Source: the human T2T-CHM13v2.0 reference genome, Homo sapiens
Reading direction: 5' to 3' (one strand)
Assembly (NCBI RefSeq): GCF_009914755.1
Contig: NC_060941.1
DNA length: 64,000 bases
Part shown: one piece after another, positions 1 through 16,515 of the stretch
Layout: each line of letters starts with the position of its first letter
How positions within the stretch are numbered: the first letter of the stretch is position 1
Translations under genes and position numbers: made by a program
The notes under the pieces: model-generated
Seen by the model: only the letters and a program-made list of their open reading frames with translations
Database searches by the model: none
What the model was told of the DNA's origin: nothing

Positions 1-116
1 TAAATTTTTTGTAGAGTCGGGAGTTTCACTACATTGACCAGTCTGGTCTTGAACTCCTGGCCTCATGCAATCCTTCCACCTCAGCCTCCTGAGTTGCTGA
101 GATTACAGGCATAAGC
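1..116 (-). mobile_element. Alu left-arm fragment
   Basis: Antisense Alu consensus. Confidence 0.8.
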
Positions 117-398
117 TTAAAAATAATAATAATAAAAAAAAGACTTCAAATAAAAATCTTTTCTATGAATCTTCTTCCCATCACACCTCCACTCCAACAG
201 ACCAGAAGTTTATATAATCATCTGGCTAATAATAAAAATTTGTTTTAGGAATATCACACCAATGTCTAGAATTTGTTCAGAGGCTGGTTTTTTCTCTGTG
301 TGTGTGTGTTTTTGTTTGTTTTGCTAATAGTCCTCTGTGTTCATTGGATTACTGTTATATTGCATAATCCCAACTTTAGTTTTATTTATTTAAGGTTA

Positions 399-704
<306 letters not shown>

Positions 705-1433
705 ACCATTCCTCCAAACTAAAAATACTTACATAATTTGAGCAAGGACAATAGAATATCATACAATACCATGTGTACCTCAGTTCCTGGAACCCGCAAC
801 CTGCCAACAACAGCCAGGCTGCCTTTTGCAGTGCAGGGTTCCTTGCCAGGACTCAAATCTACTGGATGGTTGGCACAGAGGTAAAGCAATAAATTGGCGT
901 TAAGGGTTCCTTTTAGTTGGCTACTGAATACATATTACAGTATTAAAGGTAAGACTTGAAACAAGTTATGCAAGTGAGAGAAGGATTATATAAGAAAGAT
1001 TTCCAAGATATTTTGTTTTACTGCCCAGTTAGGACATATGAAATCTTGAGAACAATTAAAAGTGCATGTTGCTAAATGTAGAATAATGATTTCAAGTGGA
1101 TTAGAATGTGCTAAGGAATTAGAGCTTATAATTATTAACCTTGGCAATCATGCTTGGAGGTGGGAAGGGCATGCCACACAGGGGAATGTGCCTATGCCAA
1201 AGCACCTATCAAAAAAAGCAAGATAAGGCTGATCCACCACACATGTGGATGTGGTGAGGGGTGCTGTCTAGATGGATAAGAAAGTAGGGGTTAATAATGA
1301 GTAATGGCAAATAGACTGGATTATTCTGCTGGCTATAACCGGCTGAAAGCCACAGGATGGATCAGCTGATTTTAAGAAATACCAGTAAGACACTTTCTGG
1401 CATGCCATAACAGGACACCAGTCCTACAGGGTT

Positions 1434-1437
<4 letters not shown>

Positions 1438-1492
<55 letters not shown>
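1438..1492. repeat. (CA)n microsatellite, about 27 units
   Basis: Direct reading. Confidence 0.98.
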
Positions 1493-1493
<1 letters not shown>

Positions 1494-2045
1494 GCTCGCT
1501 GTCTCTTTCTCTCATAGGACACCAGTCCTACAGGGTTTCTTATACACACACACAAGCTCTCTCTCACTCAACCTGTGCAGTAACATCAAAACAACAGGAA
1601 GAAGTACCTCAAAATGGTATTCTATAACACAGACCCTTGAAAGGCACTAAAGGATATTCAAAACAAGGACATCTGTGTCTACAATTCTTCTACTTGCAGC
1701 AATATTATCTGTCTCAGACTATAAACTCAAAGCCTGGGCATTTGTGATTCTCTGCTTTATAAAGGCAGCCAGCAGAGTACCGCTTTCTAATACCATTTCA
1801 TCACATAGTAGGAGACTGTCCGATCATGGCCAAAAAGACATCAAAAATTCACCAAAGCAGTAGAACACTGAAATCAGTGCCCAGTAAGTGCAAAGGTCCA
1901 TGACATAAAACTCTCTCAATGATTAAAGCAAGCCCTCAGAGTAAAAGCCTCACAATGATCAGGAGGGGCTCAACTCTCCGCTCACAAAGGACTATCTTTG
2001 AAGTTATGTTAAGTAAAGACTTAATTAAGACAGATACAAAAAAAA

Positions 2046-2342
2046 TTTGTTTTGTTTTGTTTCTTTGAGACAGGGTCTTGCTCTGTCACCCAGGCTGGAG
2101 TACAGCAGCACAAATCATGGCTCACTGCAGCCTCGACCTCCTGGGCTCAAGCGATTCTCCCACCTCAGCCTCCCGAGTAGCTGCGACTACAAGCATGCAC
2201 CACTATGCCTGGCTTTTTATTTCATTTTTTGTAGAGATGGGGTCCTACTATGTTGCCCAGGCTGGTGTTGAACTCCTGGGCTCAAGCAATCTTCCCGCCT
2301 CACCTCTCAAAGTGCTGGGATTACAGGCTTGAGCGGCTGGCC
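2046..2342 (-). mobile_element. AluJ-like
   Basis: Diverged antisense dimer. Confidence 0.85.
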
Positions 2343-3568
2343 TACAAAACAGATTTTTATTCAAATCAAACCCTGTTCCCTGACCCTCATCTCATTTACA
2401 CATACTGCAGCAAAGTACTTATACCCAAATATGGAGATTTCTATACAGCCACCTGAACAGTGAGTAACAAATATTTCACTACTTTTAGTCTCCTGTCTGT
2501 GGAAGAACATTCAGAACTGAATTAAAACATCAGCCATAGACACAAACAAAAGTCTTACTGTTTTAAAGATTTCAGTCCACCAGTAAATCATTCCAAATTC
2601 TGTTATACTTCGTTTACCTGTGTGTAGGTCAGCAATAATCCATCAACCATACAGTTCCTTCTAACCAGTCTATCGGCTGTTATGTTTCCTGATATTAAGT
2701 CAATAAAGGCAACCATGACATTTGCTTTGGATGGGAGTCAAGTGTCTAGCTGGGATGCAGAAAAGGCCAAGGCCTAACTGAACAGCACTGTGTGGTTTCC
2801 AAACTAAGCAGCTGAGAGAGTTAAACTTTCAGTGTTTGTGGCAAGTCTGCCGTATGGTGTAATTAACCACCACCCAAGACAGTTAGGACTCTTCTTCAGT
2901 TTAGGCTACTGTCCTCCTTTAATAGATCTGATTAAAAAAAAAAAAAAGTACCTCATAAATCCACTGTATTCCTGAATGCAAAGGTATGCTAATTTCATAA
3001 TAGGTGAATACAGTTCCCCCCAAACTGGTTTTGGGGCCTGGGCTGAGTGTCTGAGTTCAACCATTTGCAGTTCTGTTTATGTTCATGGTTGCTCTGCCAT
3101 CAACTTACATTGCCATCATTGGAAGAAGAAACATATCTGGACATGAATGGTGCTACATGAAATCGTTTTCCCTGACGTGGTTAGGAAAACAAGCCCTTTT
3201 TCTTAGGGTGGTATCAAATCCCTAAGGTCCCTCAGGATACCTGGGGAGCTAAGCCAAATCCCACACTTTAGGAAAACTGAAACCCAAGGTTACATGCTCA
3301 TTTAGTGGCTGAGCTTTAGAATGCAGGTGTCACTACTCTATTTTGTTGTCTTTGCTAAAGGGAAACAGCATCAACTGATATCTAGTAACAACCAAGAAAC
3401 GTATCAGGCTAATTTACTTTAATGGAGAAACATCCTAAACAAACTAAACTAATACAGGCCTGACAGACTATAAATTTGTATGTGCACCATTGGCCTTACA
3501 AAAAGTCAAATTTTATCCATTTGAGTATGTCTACTCATATGCAGTTAAACCTACTATTAAGAAGTCCT

Positions 3569-3912
<344 letters not shown>

Positions 3913-4407
3913 TTACATACCAAGTTTTTCAGTCCTGGTAACAGCAACTAATCTGAAACTGTCAATTTTGCTCTTCATATTTAGTTAGGAATTTCTTGCA
4001 GGGGACAGTAGAGGAGTAGACAGGAGAGTCAAGTAGAAAGTGGAAAAATACTCTAGTTAAATTAAAATTACCTACAAACAACTGTATTTATGACATAATT
4101 GCTACCTACACTGGCCAGATGTTGCCAAACTTTAGGCTAGAAAAGAAGTACTATGAAATACACCCCGAGTTGAGATATCTGGCTTGACTGACTTCTGCCA
4201 GCCAGGACCCCCATTGTTTGAAGTTGATTTGAGGATCACACACTTCTCTACCGGCCCAGGCCACCATACCACCTTCCTCTCTCCAATTAGCTGGATAATC
4301 CTTTAAGTCCATGCGGTTCCACACAATGCAGATCAACCAGTAGGGACTGTTTACTGCTTCTGGGATGTGTAATTTTTGAGATGAAAAGGACCGAAGAGAT
4401 TACCTTA

Positions 4408-4560
4408 CCCAACCCTCTCATTTCACAGGAAAAGAAATCAAGGCTCAGAGAGGTGAAGTGACTTGCCCAGGGCACCACAGACAGTTAACCATAGACACAG
4501 GACTGGAACCAAGGTCTCCGCCTCCCCGTCTAGCCCTTTTGCCCACTATGCCACACTATA
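4408..4560 (-). mobile_element. MIR
   Basis: aggctcagagaggtgaagtgacttgccc MIR core. Confidence 0.7.
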
Positions 4561-4923
4561 ATTTCACTACTTTAAATCACGGTTCACTGAGAGCCAAAGC
4601 CTAAATTACTTCAGGCCTGAAGCTCCCCCTTTGAATCCTGCTGGGGTAGATGAAGATCAGCACTCCACTTTGATATGAGGGTTGGATCTTTTGGATGAGA
4701 CCAAAATGTAATTTTTAGAGTCTCTATAGAAACCCAATATACCAAATGGCACTGCAAATTATACAGGGAGGGGTCTTTAAAAAATGTTCAGCATGAAAAT
4801 TCCTGAGATCTCACTGTACATCTAAGTGGGTGGGAATGGGAATAACACAACAAAAGGTCAAAGGTCTCAGCTTTAACCACCATAAAAAAATTCCTACAAT
4901 ACACACTTACCCAAACCAGTCTT

Positions 4924-5178
4924 TTTAAAAAAAGTTTGTTTTTATTTTTTACACTGACATATAAAAATTATATATACTTACGGTGTACAACATGATGTTC
5001 TGACGTATGTATACATTGTGGAATGGCTACATCAAGCTAATTAACATATCCATTACCTTACATACTTATCATTTTTTTGTGGTGAGAACATTTCAAATCT
5101 ACTCTCTTAGCCATTTTCAAGTATATAATATGTTGTTATTAACTATAGTCACCATGTTATATAATAGATCTCCTGAAC
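4924..5178 (-). mobile_element. L1MA-type 3' end fragment
   Basis: Antisense L1 3'UTR motifs (tacaacatgatgtt, tgtggtgagaacattt, aatagatctc). Confidence 0.75.
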
Positions 5179-6085
5179 AGCCCAGTTCTAATGGTTTTAA
5201 AAAATGTCCTTTGATGAAGACGATGATAATGTAGCCACTGCCAATTCCTTTGATGAAGCCAACATTCTTTTAATGTCAGTGCCAAGGAAACGCGCATTAC
5301 TGATCAGCACAGGACAACTCCTTTGAACTGTAAGGCCCATTTTAATGACCAAGCATAAACTGATGGGCCCCACACAGTAAGCTATGGCTGCTTCACTTGG
5401 TAGCAATAAGATGCTCACACAAAAGAAAGCCTATTCTGATACTGACTTTTTCATGTCAATATTACATCAGATTTCTGTAATTTCAGCATAGGTTTTCTAT
5501 TATCTAGGCTTCTCTGAGAAGCGATCTTTATGCAGCCTCACACGTTTGAATAGAGATTGGAAAGCACAAGAAACTGCTGGGAAGACTGTGCTGGCACAAC
5601 CAAACCTTCCGAGTTGAGGCTCGAAAACAGGACTCAGAAAAAGGGGCAAAGCATGAGGAACCGGCCAAGAGCGAACAACGTTGCTTTCTCCAGCTTATCA
5701 AGTGGTCGGCAGGAAACAGAAGCAGGAAAGAATTACCAGCCAGAAGATAGCAAACCTATGGGCTCAAAGAGGAGGCCTTTCCAGACATCAAAGGAAGAAC
5801 TCCCTCGTGAAAAGGGAAAAATGGCTGTCCCAGGCAGGAATGGACAAGGGACCATATTATAAAATATTTTTTAAAAGTTTGTTTTTATTTTTTACATTGA
5901 CATATAAAATTTATATATACTTATGGTATACAACATGATGTTCTGATATATGTACACATTGTGGAATGGCTATAATGATCCTATAAAGGATATTCTCTGC
6001 TGTCATTCTCAGTTTTCCCAGGAATCTCTCTTTCTAAAGTCACTACCCTGGTCAGGCTTCCGCCTAGCCTGGAGGTCATCCAATG

Positions 6086-6487
<402 letters not shown>

Positions 6488-6813
6488 TAAAAACTGAAGA
6501 ATAGCAACATCTCTCTAAACACTAAGAAAGCAAAACAAATATTGAGAATTTCAAAAGTAAGAGTTATACAAATATTAAGGGAGACTATTTAATTTAAAAA
6601 AAAATTGGTGGCAGCCAAAGAAATCATCAGGAAGTAAACCAAACTCAAAAACCTGATAATCCACTGCTCCTCATCTCTTACCTCCATTGCTCCTCATCTC
6701 TTACCCTCATGGGCAGACAGCAATAATGTAACAACTGGTGCTAGGAGACAATCAGGAATAATTAAGGAAGAGTTAAAATATGTTTGGCTCGTGGTGTTCA
6801 AGAAGGAAGCAGT

Positions 6814-7172
<359 letters not shown>

Positions 7173-7409
7173 TTAAGTTATGGGATTGTATTTCCATCAT
7201 TTGGAAACTCACCTATGATGCTGCGGCTAAACGATTCAATAGATACTTGTTAAGTTCAGTGTAGTTCCTGAGCAGTATAATGTGGTTGTTAAAAAGGTAG
7301 ATTGTGGAGCCAGACCACCTCAGGCAATCACTTACCTCTCTGTGCCTTCAGTTTCTCATCCATAAAATGGGGATAATGCTAATTAACTTTAAAAAGTTGT
7401 TGGGAAAAG

Positions 7410-7545
7410 CTTCTGCACAGCTGAACACATGGAGATTCCTGATGGGTGGGGCATACCCCAAGGGCATGAGATCTCCATGCCCCTTCCCGCATGCCTTGCC
7501 CTATGCGTCTCTTCATCTGTATCCTTTATCATAAACCAGTAAATG
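7410..7545. mobile_element. LTR fragment, MER21-like
   Basis: tgccccttcccgcatgccttgccctatgcgtctcttcatctg resembles the MER21 LTR (recall only). Confidence 0.5.
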
Positions 7546-8165
7546 CAAAAGTCACCAACTCTAGTCTAATTGGAGTGGGCTACACACAGACTCTGAGGCC
7601 TGGTGTGAGGCTCACACTGTCTGCTCTGGTAGACAAGAGATCATCAATGCTGGAGATCACAAACTTGGGTGTGCTCTGGAGGTGGAGGCTTAATCTAGCT
7701 GAAAGAAACCTCTGGGAATGGATATCAGAAGATCGGGCCTTAATATATTTCCACTGTGACTAGCAGGCTTTTTTCCCAAGAAGGTGATCCAAAGGATGAT
7801 CTAAACAAAAGCTGTATTTTAAATATTTTAACAGTTACTGGTTAGTTGGTTCCCTGGCTATCTAGTTACCAGTGCGGCATCATGCAGTGACCTATATGTT
7901 TAAGCTGTTAAATGTGCTACCCCCACCAATAATGAGATAGACTTTCATGAGAACTGTGCAGCTGTGTGGATGTTTGTTTTTATGTTCCCTTAACCACTGC
8001 ATATTGCCATTGAATGAGATGGATCAGTGGATATTTTAGGATGAGGTTAAAAACATTTTATTAAATTCAACCATGATTCACATTACTTTTGCTATCCTAG
8101 ACCATTACAAATTATGAATAAAACAAGTATACATAATTAGTGGCTCCAAGTATTCGCAGAGTTAA

Positions 8166-8707
<542 letters not shown>

Positions 8708-11537
8708 TGACCTTTACCTAAATCTATGCCACAAAGTCCTCTGTGTCCCTAGAATAATTCCATGGGCTTTCAAAGACTGTAATAAGAAGGTAAATGCTAA
8801 AAAAAAAAAAAAAAAAGCTTTTGCAAGGAGTGTTGAGTCAACATAAGTAAAGCTCTTGAACGGGCCTAATATACAGTAAGCATCATGTAAGTGTCAGTTA
8901 CTATTATTCATTAAGAACTGTATGAGACACTAGGATCTAATCACAACAAATGAGATCTGGTTTCCTGCTTTCATGGAGCTTACAGTCCAATAGGAGACCC
9001 CAGTAATCAATAATGACACAAACATAAAATGACAAATTGTAGTAAGTGCCATGAAAGGGACATACTGGAAACTGCGACAGCATAACAGAAGAAGAGCATC
9101 TGGTCTTGTGATGGTGGGGGAAGCACAGTGTTAAAAATGATGTTTGAGTTAAGATCTATAGGAAAGGGAGAAGGAAAGAAGAATTTCCTGGGCAGAGGGA
9201 ATAGCCTATGCAAAATTCTGAGACTGCAGAGAATTTGTTGTGTTTGAGGACCCGGTGGACCAGTGTAGCTGGACAGAGAAGGCAGAGGGGATATGGGACA
9301 CGGTGAGGTTGGGGGAGAAGTCCCAGAATGGCGTGGGCCACAAGAGTCAGAATCTTTTTTTTACGTGTCTTATTTGTTATCTATGCAGCTGAAGGAAAGA
9401 ACAGGAAGGTTGCTGTTCACATCGTTGTAAAGCCACCTGGAAGAAAAAAAAGCACTCTCCCTAAGGTGAGGCGTGTAATACACCAACCACAATCTGTTCA
9501 CACTCTCGGTGAGTCTCCTCCAGTGTTTTAATTTATACTAACATTCGACTGATGTTGCCTAGCTGGTTTACAGCTGAATATTAGCAGAACACATCAGAAC
9601 TTCGTAGGAGAGCGTAGTAAATATGGCTGTTTTTGTGATGAAATGTGGCCTTCAGAACAAACCCCAAGGCAGGTTTTCTTGCTTCCTAAGACTCCTCATT
9701 TGAGGGGGAGCCATTTCTCTGACTAGCCATCATGCATGGAATCAGAAAGCTCCCTCTGAAGGGTTGAGGAGTTAAACCTGCACCTTCCCGTCTTTTTAAT
9801 CTTCCAGGCGCCCCATCTCCACAGTACCTGCAGTCAGTGCCAGGACTATTTTCATTACAAGAGGCAGAAATCTTGGGGATACTAAACTTACAGGACAAGG
9901 TAAGTCATTGGCTCATGGTCTCACATTACTCAAGTAGGCTGGCAAGGACTTCAGGATTTGCCAATCTCTTCCAGGCACTCCCTGCCTCATACTTCTTCCT
10001 GTTGGCTGACTCTTCTATTTCAACTCCTGTGTGCTAGTTCACTTACTCCAACCCTGCCCCTAAGCTGGACTCTTATCCTACATATATGCAGAAAGAAGGG
10101 TCCTGTTACACACAAGGCAATGCCGCCCCAAGGCCTGTAAAACTCCTGGCTTCAAGGGGTTTGCCGTCTAGCAGGAGAGTCGTGTAATGCAGAAAAAAAG
10201 ACGGCAAGTTCCATGGCCGAACTTCCCGAAAGCTGACTTGGCAGCATATCCAGGTCCTGCCCAGAGCAGTTCCAAGAGTCTGGTCCCACCCTACCCTGCT
10301 CAGCTGTCTTCTCACTCCTTGCCCTAGCCTGTGTCCATATAGCTTCAAAACCTGTTATTTTATCCTCTCAAAACTCTTTGGTTTAAAAACAAAACCAAAG
10401 TTCCTCAGGTATCCTCATGAGTCTGGAACATATAGATGCTTTTGGGGTGAATGAAGCTGACAGAAGATGAGGTGGGCACACAGATGCATGGTCTGGTTTG
10501 AGCTCTGGGCAAGTCATTAGATTTTTCCAGGCATGGGTTTCCAAGAAAGTAAGAAGCCTGAGGTGGATGGTGGCTGCAGCTCTGAAGCATGATGATCCAT
10601 GACTTACCAGACCCTCATCTCTCCTCAGGCTTTGCTGCAGCTTCTTCTAGCCCCAACCAATCAAAACATGCCCAAAATCCGCATAACAATTTGACAGAGT
10701 TTAGAAGTCCTAATGCCTTTGAACATAGTCATTTCCAATCCTGGTCTTGCAACATCTAAGTGTCTCCGCTTATCTCAAAATATTGCAACATTAGAAATTA
10801 GTAATAATCTGACTCACTTTAAGGTTCAGGATGGGGAAAAGAAATACCATGAAAATCAACTAATGTTACATGGGACCAGGTGGCTGATTCCCAGGCACAC
10901 CTACCTACTATAGACTCTAAAAGCAACCATCTCCTAAACTGAAAGGGTGATACCTTTTCTTCTGCCAACCACAAATCAGATAAGTGATTGAACTTTTACC
11001 AGGCACCGAAAGCCCCAGAGATTTCCAAGCACTGAACCATCAAGATCAAGATAACTTAGGGTCCGTTTTACAAGCAACTGTGGCTTGGTTCCCAGTTAGT
11101 CGAGCACCAAAACTACAGATAAACTTGTTCTTAATCTCCACATATAAAGGAAACCGTTTTCTTCTTTGCAAAACCAGCTCATGGCAAGTGGAAAACGAAC
11201 CCTAACAGAATTCTAGAATAAGGTCACTGGATTGCTCATAATGAGGTAGTACCTTTAAAGGTCAGAGATTCCCCAAATTTGTTCTTAGAACTTTCTTACC
11301 GCATTTCAATTTATCGGGAGATGTTACAAATACTCCTACAATGGAAAAAAAATGTAATCTTATTTAATGTAAAAAAAAAATAACACACACACACACACAC
11401 ACAAACACACCCATTTGTGTATTTGGGTGCACAGCCATCACAAAAATCAAAGAATGGCTGGTTCTGACCCCTCTGAGTTGTGGGGGTTTTCTGAGGTTTC
11501 CCTGACAGGATTTAATGTCTTATCATGTTATCCTTAA

Positions 11538-12223
<686 letters not shown>

Positions 12224-14087
12224 AAAAATCAACAATGTTCACGCTCAGTCCCTCATATTTGCTCAGGATTTTCAGACATACCTGAGGACTATCAACACCA
12301 GTCCTCCAGAAGATTAGACAAGAAACAAACAGGAGCACCAACCTGTACATTACCCCAACACTAAGTGACGTGGTGCTATTTGGAGTGCAGGAAGGGATCT
12401 AGTCTACGAGAGTACAGTGGTCAGGGAAGGCCCTAGGCCCTATACAAGACAGGTGAGCGAGAGCCGATGAAACCACACCACGGTGTGTGGCAACTTACGA
12501 GGCCTCCATCTCCCTTGCTCTGCTCTATGTTTCTCCCCTGCAACCCCTGCAGAATTTTATCACCTTATCACATTCTATATAATGTATTTACCATGCTGTT
12601 GTCTATCCCAACCAACTAGGTAGAAGTTCCATGAGGGCGGGGGTCTTTGTTTTGTTCATGTTTCCCAAGCATCTCAAACAGTGCTTGGCATAAAATATGT
12701 ACTCAAAAAGTTGATAAATAAATGGATGAACAGATGAAATTCACTACATTCAAGAGCTAGGAAGCTGGGAGGCTCAAAGCAAAGCAGCCCTCCCATCTTC
12801 TACCTCCCCGTATGAGGCTGCACCAGAAAAAGAGGCGGCTGGGGGACTAGTCGCTTTCACCTAAATGGTGATCCTAATTTGGGAAGACATTTGGAAACAG
12901 GCCCACCAAAGAGATTTTCTGGTTCCGTTGCTTTGTTTTACAGATGAGGAAGCAGAGGGGGAAATAACTCATTTGCCCAAAGTTGCACAGCTAGCTAGTA
13001 CAGAACCTCCGGACTCTCACTTGCTGAAAGAATGCATACAATTTCATCATATGGGGCAAACACACATATAGAAACAAGATACTGGCCCTATGATTACATT
13101 TAAAAACAGCTAAAATGATTTTACATTTAAAAACAGCTAAATGCCTATCTGCTCAAGGAGTGCAGAACTGGTCTGCCACTTGGGATTTCCTTTAAGCATT
13201 AAGTTAAATTAGGAAACAGCCCTGGTGCTGGAGTCCACACAGCGCTTTCAGGCCAGGTGCCAAGCCCCATTCCAAGGTTGTATTCAAAGAGCGGGCTCCC
13301 AATTCTACTGACATTTGTCAACTTGGTTCCAGCAGAGTTTTGGATTTGGTCCAGCCCACTCAATGTGATGCTTGAAAGCAAGTGTCCTCCTGTTTCTAAA
13401 CCAGCTAATAAAGATCCTCTGAGAAACAACTGAGATGGGTCCGGGAGCTGAGACAACTGACTGGTCCTCTCCTGTGTTCTACAGTTGGGCTTGTCAGCTC
13501 GGCACCTGCTATAAAAACCCTTCGAGGGAACTCTGCCTGACTCAGGCAATGAGGCTAATAGCCAGCTCTCACATGAAAAGGGGAAGGGAGTGTCACAGCC
13601 TGCACCCTCCCACCATTTGCTTCCAAAACATATGTTCCCACCCTGATAGGAAAGTTCCTGTTGGTTCACAAGCTTCTTCTTGTGCTTTAACTAACTCACT
13701 CCTTCTACAAATCCCTTCTCCTCACTCGCAATGGCTATTTCATTTTTGTTATGGAAGGTTCTTTTAAAACCATGAAGATGATTTTACCCATCAGGATACT
13801 GTGAAGGAGCCTGGAAAACAACATTGTTTTGATTTCTTAAGCCTCTTAATATATGGAAAAGGCAATAAACAAATATATAAATAAATAAACAAGCATAAGT
13901 CGGGTAACTTTAAATAAACATTTAAACATCTTACAATTCAGTAACTAAATATGTTTTAATATAAGGCCTATTAGTTAAAGCTGATAAAAGCAATTTCAAC
14001 AGTTTGTATTCAAAGGAAAAAATCCATTAAATTACCTGCTCTTTAAAAGTTGAATGATATAGTACAGTAGAGAAAATGTAATATTAG

Positions 14088-14416
<329 letters not shown>

Positions 14417-14589
14417 AGAACTAGAAATAAAGTTAGAACTTTATTTCTAGTTCTAACACTAACTAGCGGACTCTATCAATCCTAACCTCTCTGTAAAATG
14501 AGCCAAATGCTGTGTCTAGTCTGGTCCCGTGCTCTGTGACGTGACTGGGAATTTGGAGATGCATTTGTTCTTTCCAGGATTAAGGTACA

Positions 14590-14930
14590 AAAATTACTTG
14601 AAGGCCTCATCCTGGCTGCACATCAGAGTCACTTGGGCCTTAAAACATTTTTTGCTGGTTTATTTGGTAGAGATGGGGTCTTTCATTGTTGCCCAGTCTG
14701 GTCTCAAACTCCTGACTTCAAGTGATCCTCTTGTCTTGGCCTCCCAAAGTGCTGGGATTACAGGTGTAAGCCACTGAGCCTGGCCTTAAACATTTTTTTT
14801 TTAAAAAAGAAAAGATGCCGGCCCCCACTCCCAGAGATTCCAATTTCATTCACATAGGATGGGGCCCCAGCACAGCGTTTTTAAAAAGCTCCCCAGGTGA
14901 CTGAGTCATGGCTGGGAAGCACCGCCTCAA
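14590..14930. mobile_element. MER5-type DNA transposon remnant with an inserted FLAM (about 14655-14785, minus)
   Basis: ggctgcacatcagagtcacttggg ... cccagagattc ... aagctccccaggtga. Confidence 0.6.
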
Positions 14931-16172
14931 GTAACACATTCCTAGCCACAGTTGTGGCCCCCTGTACAGGTGATTCTCTCACTCCTAGTGGCCCCTCAGG
15001 AGTCATGGGCCATTTGCTTTAAGAGAAGAGAGATCTGATTTACCTTGGTCAACAAACTTCTCTGACTCAACTGGAGATCAATGACAATGTCAGGTTCTAG
15101 GGATGTGACAGCACTGTTTGTTCAGAGAATGTACAGAAAAATTCGGTTTCCATGACAGACACTCCTGCAGCCCAGACAAACAATTATTCCTTCATCTGAC
15201 AGAGAGGGGGGAAATAATCCACTGGAGAATGGGATGGTTTTGAATTATAATTATAAATTAGTCTACTAACAAAGGAAGTCATGTTTAATACATGAGAGGA
15301 CAACTCTGGGCCAAGGTTCATTTTTTTAACAGTGAAACATCATGCTGAGTGAAAAATGAAACTGACATGAAATAATCACAAACTGTTTACCTCATGGAGT
15401 TTGGCAATGGAAAAATTAATCTCATTACTGATAAGAAGAGCCCACCAAAAGAACACTACACACTATGGGTCACGTCCACCCAAGCAAATATCCTGAAAGC
15501 TCCTCTAGTTCTGTAGAAAGACACACAACTGGTGCAATCCCATTAAAGAATATAAAATATAGCTGAAGCAATACCTCCCACCCCCATCCACAACCCACTT
15601 GCTTGATGATATAATACAGCCCCTTTATTGGTCTTAATGAGTCTCAAAGAAGAATTCAATAAATATTTGCTGAGTGCCCCCTACAGTGGGTATAACCAGC
15701 ATGCCACGTTAAATGCCACAGAGGATGCAACCATCAGCAAGCCAGGGTCCCTGCCTTCTCGGATGAACCAGCAAGGGAAGTGAGACACACTCCCAGGGGC
15801 ACCTTCCTTCCCCCCTTGCTCCTTCCTTCCCTCATTAGTCTCCTCTGAGAGCTACCTAAGCTAACTTGAATCCCTCCATTGTGGTTTAAGAGCCAGAGTC
15901 ACAGCCACTGTCTCTCTCCTGTCATCACAGACCTGCTCCCTGGTGCCAGAACTGCTTGGCAGGTGGCGCCTCTGCAAAGGCAAACACCCAGAACCAGCAC
16001 GGTAATGCAAGAGTTCTATCTTTTCAGGACTTCTTGGTGAAGGCTGTGACTGAGCTAGAGAAGAGCGGCTTGGGTTAAAGGCCTCTAAGGAAAGAACTTT
16101 CAGTTTTGTTCTTTCAGACATATGACTAGGCGAGATGTTACTGAAAACATGCACCTGCTTGGATATTATTAG

Positions 16173-16515
<343 letters not shown>

